Shown piece by piece: positions 59,162 through 64,000 of a stretch of DNA of 64,000 nucleotides; position 1 is the stretch's first letter; each line of letters opens with the position of its first letter. The notes under the pieces were generated by a model. It did no database searches, had not been told where the DNA came from, and saw nothing but the letters and a program-made list of their open reading frames with translations. The stretch covers positions 608,001 to 672,000 of the forward strand of contig CBDCXV010000001.1 of assembly GCA_965223905.1 (NCBI GenBank), in the 5' to 3' direction. The position numbers were made by a program, and so were the translations under genes. This DNA comes from Candidatus Latescibacterota bacterium (GTDB lineage Bacteria > Latescibacterota > UBA2968 > UBA8231).

Positions 59162-60274
59162 TTACGGGGAATCGCCGGCGAAGATCCCGGCGTACTCGCG
59201 GGCGCTCTTGTCCCATCCGTACTCGCGCAGCACGTACTGCCGCGCCTCCCGGCCCAGCTCGGCGCGCCGGGATTCGCCGAGCGAGAAGAACTGGTGAATG
59301 CGGTCGGCGAATGCGGAGTAGTCTCCAGCGGGGACGAGCCAGCCTCCCTCGCGGATGCTCTCGACCAGGGCGTCGACGGCGAAGGCGACCACGGGTGTTC
59401 CGGCATGCATGCTCTCCAGCGGGGTGATGCCGTAGCCCTCGACGTCGTCGGCCATCGGCACGTTCGGCATCACGAAGAGATCGGCGCTGCGCCGCAGCAT
59501 GGCGGCGACGTCGTCGTCCGGGGCGTCGACGAGTACGATGCGGGAAGCGGTCCCGGGGCGGGAGGCCAGCTCGCGCAGCCGCGGCATGTCGGGTCCGGCG
59601 CCGGCGATGAGGAGGCGGATGTCCCTATCCAGGAGCGGAAGCCCCTGCTCGACGAAGGGGACCATCCCCTTGCGGCGAACCTGCCGGCCGATGTTGAGCA
59701 GCACCTTCTCGGAGTCGAACCGCACTCCGTGGCGCTCCTCGAACTCGCGCCGCAGCTGCGCGCAGCGCTCCGCCGCCGGCTCGGCAGGCTCGACCCCGAC
59801 GTAGACGACCTGCAGCCGCTCCGCCGGCAGCCCCCAGGTCAGGGCGAGGTTCCGCGTGTGCTCGCTGATGAGGACGATCCGCTCGCAGCAGCGGCAGCCC
59901 CGTTTCATCAGCGCCTGCGCAAGCCCGCTCCGGTAGGTCATTTCCAGGCCGTAGACGGTGACGACGAAGCGGGCCCGGCCCTTGAACGGGCGCAGCAGCG
60001 GGGCCAGGGCGCAGACCACCCCGTCGGCGAAGTACACGGCATCGGCGCGGCGCAGCAGGAGGGCGGCCAGGGTACGCACCGCTACCCAGGGAAGAAACCA
60101 GGCCAGGTGCAGAAGCGAGTCTCTTCCGAGCGCTACCAGGGTGACGGGGTACTGCCGGCTGAGCCGGCTGAAGAGCTTGTGGCAGTGGGTCTGAATGCCG
60201 CCTACCGAAGGCGGGTAGCGGCGCGCCAGGAACAGCAGGCGCATCCGGTTCTCAGGGGCGTCCGCGGCCGGCAT
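59162..60274 (-). CDS. Glycosyltransferase family 4
   Basis: YPPSVGGIQ, IGRQVRRKG, EGYGITPLESM..GTPVV. Confidence 0.9.
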   Translation of the reverse strand: MPAADAPENRMRLLFLARRYPPSVGGIQTHCHKLFSRLSRQYPVTLVALGRDSLLHLAWFLPWVAVRTLAALLLRRADAVYFADGVVCALAPLLRPFKGRARFVVTVYGLEMTYRSGLAQALMKRGCRCCERIVLISEHTRNLALTWGLPAERLQVVYVGVEPAEPAAERCAQLRREFEERHGVRFDSEKVLLNIGRQVRRKGMVPFVEQGLPLLDRDIRLLIAGAGPDMPRLRELASRPGTASRIVLVDAPDDDVAAMLRRSADLFVMPNVPMADDVEGYGITPLESMHAGTPVVAFAVDALVESIREGGWLVPAGDYSAFADRIHQFFSLGESRRAELGREARQYVLREYGWDKSAREYAGIFAGDSP

Positions 60275-60481
60275 CGGTGGGCGGCAGGTTTCGAGGCAGG
60301 GGTAGGAATCGAAGTGTGTGAGGGTGGCGACCGGCGAAATATACGGCCCCCTAGAAACGGACGTAAGCACCGGAACGAGCAGCTTGACCCGGCTTCGAGG
60401 TCAGGACGACTTTCACCGCCATCTCCGGGCCAACCCGGAGGCCCCTGCCGGTACCGCTTTCATATCACAGCAGTATGGGTC

Positions 60482-61148
60482 ATGGATTTCAAGGCGTTCG
60501 CAGCCGAAGTCTTCGGCACCTTTCTCCTCATCTTCATCGGCGCCGGAGCCGTCGCCGTCGGGGTCGGCGGACTGGTCGGGGCCGCCCTTGCGCACGGCTT
60601 CGTGGTGATCGCCTACCCCTACGGGTACGGCTCCCTGAGCGGCAGTCACCTCAACCCGGCGGTCAGCTTCGGGCTGCTCGTCGCGGGCGAAATGAAGCCC
60701 GGGAAGACCGTGGCGTTCTGGGTGGCGCAGGTGACCGGCGGCATCGCCGGGGGGGCGCTGCTCTACTTCCTGCTCGGGGCGGAATCCTCGCTCGGCGCCA
60801 CCGTCCTGGACGAGGGTGTTTCCCCGGGGAAGGGACTGATCCTCGAAGCGGTTCTGACCTTCATTCTGGTCAACGCCGTTCTCGCTGTCCCCGCCAGCGG
60901 CAGAGCGGGGAACCTGGCGCCGATCATCGTCGGCTTCACGCTCATCTTCTGCATCCTGATGGGCGGGCCGCTGACGGGCGCCTCCCTGAACCCGGCGCGC
61001 ACCCTGGGACCGGCGCTGTTCACGGGTACCCTGAACCTGTTCTGGATCTACTTCTCCGGCACCTTCGCCGGGGCCGCGGCCGCGGGGCTGCTTCACCGGG
61101 GCACACGAACCCGCAGCCCGGCCGGGGCTGGATCGAGGAAAAACGAAG

Positions 61149-61156
<8 letters not shown>
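60482..61156 (+). CDS. MIP family channel (aquaporin)
   Basis: AEVFGT, SHLNPAVS, SLNPART. Confidence 0.92.
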
Positions 61157-61565
<409 letters not shown>

Positions 61566-61691
61566 CCGTCCCCTGCGCCGCGCTACCTTTGCAGCCCGTT
61601 GAGAGACTTGGCCTGCAGAGCCATTTCCCGCGGGCTGTCAGCGCGGCAGCTCCCCAATATCCAACCCCTCCGTAACATCGCAGGAGTCAGC

Positions 61692-62717
61692 ATGACGCTC
61701 GCAATAGGATTGATAGGCGCCGGGGCGAACACCAGGCTCAAGCACATCCCCGGATTCCAGGAGATAGACGGCGTCGAGGTGGTCGCCGTCTGCAACCGCA
61801 GCCGCGAATCGGCGCAGAAGGTCGCAGCCGACTTCGGCATCCCGCACGTCGTGGAGGACTGGGAGGAGCTGGTTCACCGCGACGACGTCGACGCCGTATG
61901 CGTAGGCACCTGGCCGTACATGCACTGCGAGATCACCCTCGAGACGCTGAAAGCGGACAAGCACATACTCACCGAGGCGCGCATGGCGATGGATCTCGGG
62001 GAAGCCAGGCGCATGTACGAGGCTTCCCAGGCTTCCGACAAGGTCGCCATGATCGTGCCGGGGCAGCTTCACCCCGAGTCTGAGGCGACGACGCTGGAGT
62101 TGATCGCCGACGGCTGCTTCGGCGACTGGCTCGAGATACGGGTCAACTCACTGGGCGGGGGCTACGACCCGCAGGCGCCGCTGCACTGGCGGCAGCGCCG
62201 CGTCCTTTCGGGCAACAACATCATGGCCATGGGGATCTTCAACGAGAACGTCCACCGCTACGCCGGATTCGAGAAGTCCCTCGTCGCCCACGCGACGTCG
62301 TTCACGACCAGGCGGTTGAACGAGGAGACCGGCGAGATGGAGGACGCCGACGTTCCCGAGTCGATCGGCGTCGTCGCCGGGATGGAGTCGGGGGCCACCG
62401 CCGTCTACCACCTCTCCAACGTGGCGCGCCTCGGAGGCAGCGGCGCCGAGCTCGAGCTGCACGGGACAAAGGGGGCCTTCAAGATGGAGGACGGCACCGC
62501 CTGGGTTGCGGGAGAGGGGGACAGCGAGTTCCGCAGGCTGGAGATCCCGCCCGAAAAACAGGGCGAGTGGCGCGTCGAGAGGGAGTTCGTCGACGCCATT
62601 CGCGAGGGCGCCCCGGTGACCCACACCAACTTCGGCGACGGCGTGAGGTACATGGAATTCACCGAGGCGGTCCACATCAGCCTCCGGGAGGGCCGGCGCG
62701 TCGACTTTCCGCTGTAA
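61692..62717 (+). CDS. Gfo/Idh/MocA family oxidoreductase
   Basis: IGLIGAG, VAVCNRS, DAVCVGTWP, KHILTEARMA. Confidence 0.9.
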   Translation: MTLAIGLIGAGANTRLKHIPGFQEIDGVEVVAVCNRSRESAQKVAADFGIPHVVEDWEELVHRDDVDAVCVGTWPYMHCEITLETLKADKHILTEARMAMDLGEARRMYEASQASDKVAMIVPGQLHPESEATTLELIADGCFGDWLEIRVNSLGGGYDPQAPLHWRQRRVLSGNNIMAMGIFNENVHRYAGFEKSLVAHATSFTTRRLNEETGEMEDADVPESIGVVAGMESGATAVYHLSNVARLGGSGAELELHGTKGAFKMEDGTAWVAGEGDSEFRRLEIPPEKQGEWRVEREFVDAIREGAPVTHTNFGDGVRYMEFTEAVHISLREGRRVDFPL

Positions 62718-62851
62718 CCGATTCGCAAGCAGGTACACACGCGGCGGCGCGGAAGGCTGCGAACTCCCGGCCCGCTCGGGTGCTCGCAGCCGGGACAAAA
62801 AGGAGGAATTGATACCTGATATCCCAGGCTGACGGTAGGAAAGTGGCCGCC

Positions 62852-62894
62852 TTGAGTTCTCCCCCTGGGTCTCGTATATATACCAGAGGTATAT
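62852..62894 (+). promoter_or_regulatory. Sigma70-type promoter with overlapping palindromes
   Basis: TTGAGT-17 nt-TATATA; palindromes GTATATATAC (62874-62883) and ATATACC-AGA-GGTATAT (62878-62894). Confidence 0.5.
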
Positions 62895-63003
62895 GGAAAG
62901 AGGAAACCTACGCAATTGTACGGATGTGTAGTTGGAATGGAATTCCTGTGTCCGGCTTTTTAGTCGGTGATTCCTCTGAATCCCCTGCAAGGGAGGTATC
63001 CCC

Positions 63004-63513
63004 GTGACCAACGATGAAAAGAAAGTATCAGCCCAAACTCGTGATGACGTTTGGGCTGGGAAATGGGATGTCGATAGGCTGACCAGGTATTACAGGAAAT
63101 TGGCAGATCGTCACATGAGGAGGCATTTATATCTCAGGGTTTTTCTCTTGGTACCCATGTCGGGAAGTATTGCCTCGTTGCTTGAGGCGATTCCGATTCT
63201 TCCGCAGGTGTCTGCAGCCTTTGTAGCTGTGTTTGCCATATGGGATTATTTAGCCGCTCATGAGAGAAAGGCAACCGTAGCAACCGAAATTGCCGGGCAA
63301 TGCAGCTCTCTGGAAGTAGAATTCCTCGATTTGTGGAACGTCGTTGAGTCCTGCAGTATCGATGATCTTCATGCAAGGCGCACTCTCCAGGATTTGAACA
63401 AGCGTATCGTGGAGATTACAAATCGTGCAGGAGTACATGGTTTGATTACGAATGACAAACTGAATAAGAGTGCTGCTTCAGAGGCATCTATGGTATTACA
63501 AGGAGACTCATGA
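63004..63513 (+). CDS. SLATT-like two-TM protein (low GC)
   Basis: RYYRKLADRH, two hydrophobic helices, then ERKA...A..C..LE.EF.DLW helical tail; GGAGG RBS. Confidence 0.65.
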   Translation: MTNDEKKVSAQTRDDVWAGKWDVDRLTRYYRKLADRHMRRHLYLRVFLLVPMSGSIASLLEAIPILPQVSAAFVAVFAIWDYLAAHERKATVATEIAGQCSSLEVEFLDLWNVVESCSIDDLHARRTLQDLNKRIVEITNRAGVHGLITNDKLNKSAASEASMVLQGDS

Positions 63514-63514
63514 T

Positions 63515-63646
63515 TTGAATCGGAAGACAAGAGAGGTACGAGACACCGGCAATCCACCAAGGCCCAGTAAGCCGCCACCTACACCACCACCACGTAGTCG
63601 TCCTCCTGCCCCAAAATCTCCACCTAAGCAGAATCCCAGGAAATGA
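63515..63646 (+). CDS. 43-aa proline-rich basic micro-ORF
   Basis: TTG start after AAGGAG: MNRKTREVRDTGNPPRPSKPPPTPPPRSRPPAPKSPPKQNPRK*; begins 1 nt after the SLATT-like stop. Confidence 0.5.
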   Translation: MNRKTREVRDTGNPPRPSKPPPTPPPRSRPPAPKSPPKQNPRK

Positions 63647-63795
63647 TGTTTTGCAGATGTAGCCTTGCCTATATTTTTTAGCCAGGTCAATAGACCATCA
63701 GCTTATATCAGTATAGAACTGAAGCGCTTCTTAACGGGGGGCGTCAACCTGGAGTGCCCCCCCCCACCTTCCTGGCCCTCCAACGTAGCACTTCC

Positions 63796-64000
63796 TCAGG
63801 GCCGGTCCCACGGCAGCGAGTAGGTCTTGACCCAGGTCATCGCCTTCATCGTTTCGAGCACCCCTTCCTTGTACCCGAGCCCCGATGACTTGATGCCGCC
63901 GAACGGAGTGGTTTCGAGGCGGTAGCTCGGAGCCTCGTTGACGTTCACCGTTCCCGCTTCCAACTCGCCGATCACCCGCTGAATCGAGGGCCAGTGATCG
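63796..64000 (-). CDS. phnY: Aldehyde dehydrogenase C-terminus, phosphonoacetaldehyde dehydrogenase-like (partial)
   Basis: [49 protein letters not shown]. Confidence 0.7.
   Translation of the reverse strand, partial: DHWPSIQRVIGELEAGTVNVNEAPSYRLETTPFGGIKSSGLGYKEGVLETMKAMTWVKTYSLPWDRP

Overview
High-GC bacterial chromosomal window. The C-terminal 'TWGxLK' tails, the 'QNYPNPFN' FlgD-Ig/T9SS-like C-terminal domains and the many sugar-catabolic genes suggest a Latescibacterota-like FCB-group candidate-phylum organism, possibly a host-associated symbiont (inference only). Ordinary content: CNNM/CBS protein, tRNA-Glu(TTC), amidase, two TIM-barrel epimerases, Gfo/Idh/MocA oxidoreductases, UbiD decarboxylase, a soxBDAG(mgd-like)-gmaS-acnA methylamine cluster, GH88, enolase-superfamily dehydratases, a flavin oxidoreductase, beta-propeller hydrolases, panB, a TPP enzyme, cnoX, a DSD1-type PLP enzyme, GT4, aquaporin-arsC and the 3' end of a phnY-like ALDH. 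Four accessory blocks stand out. (1) 5.5-10.9 kb: NYN-CSD RNase, a HipA remnant and a coupled pair of STAND-like ATPases behind two tandem 35-bp palindromes. (2) 22.8-34.1 kb, the best candidate for an undescribed system: PAS kinase/LuxR regulator, a membrane-anchored CxxC thioredoxin-fold protein, an 8-Cys secreted miniprotein, two secreted paralogues with a conserved C-terminal TWGxLK tail, and three short-prodomain S8 proteases with a vapBC cassette between copies 2 and 3. (3) 50.6-54.0 kb: a decayed 2OG-oxygenase / DUF262 / HEPN block. (4) 63.0-63.6 kb: a low-GC SLATT-like gene plus a proline-rich micro-ORF. Several deletion-scarred pseudogenes point to ongoing erosion. All calls come from motif recognition by eye; no database searches were run.
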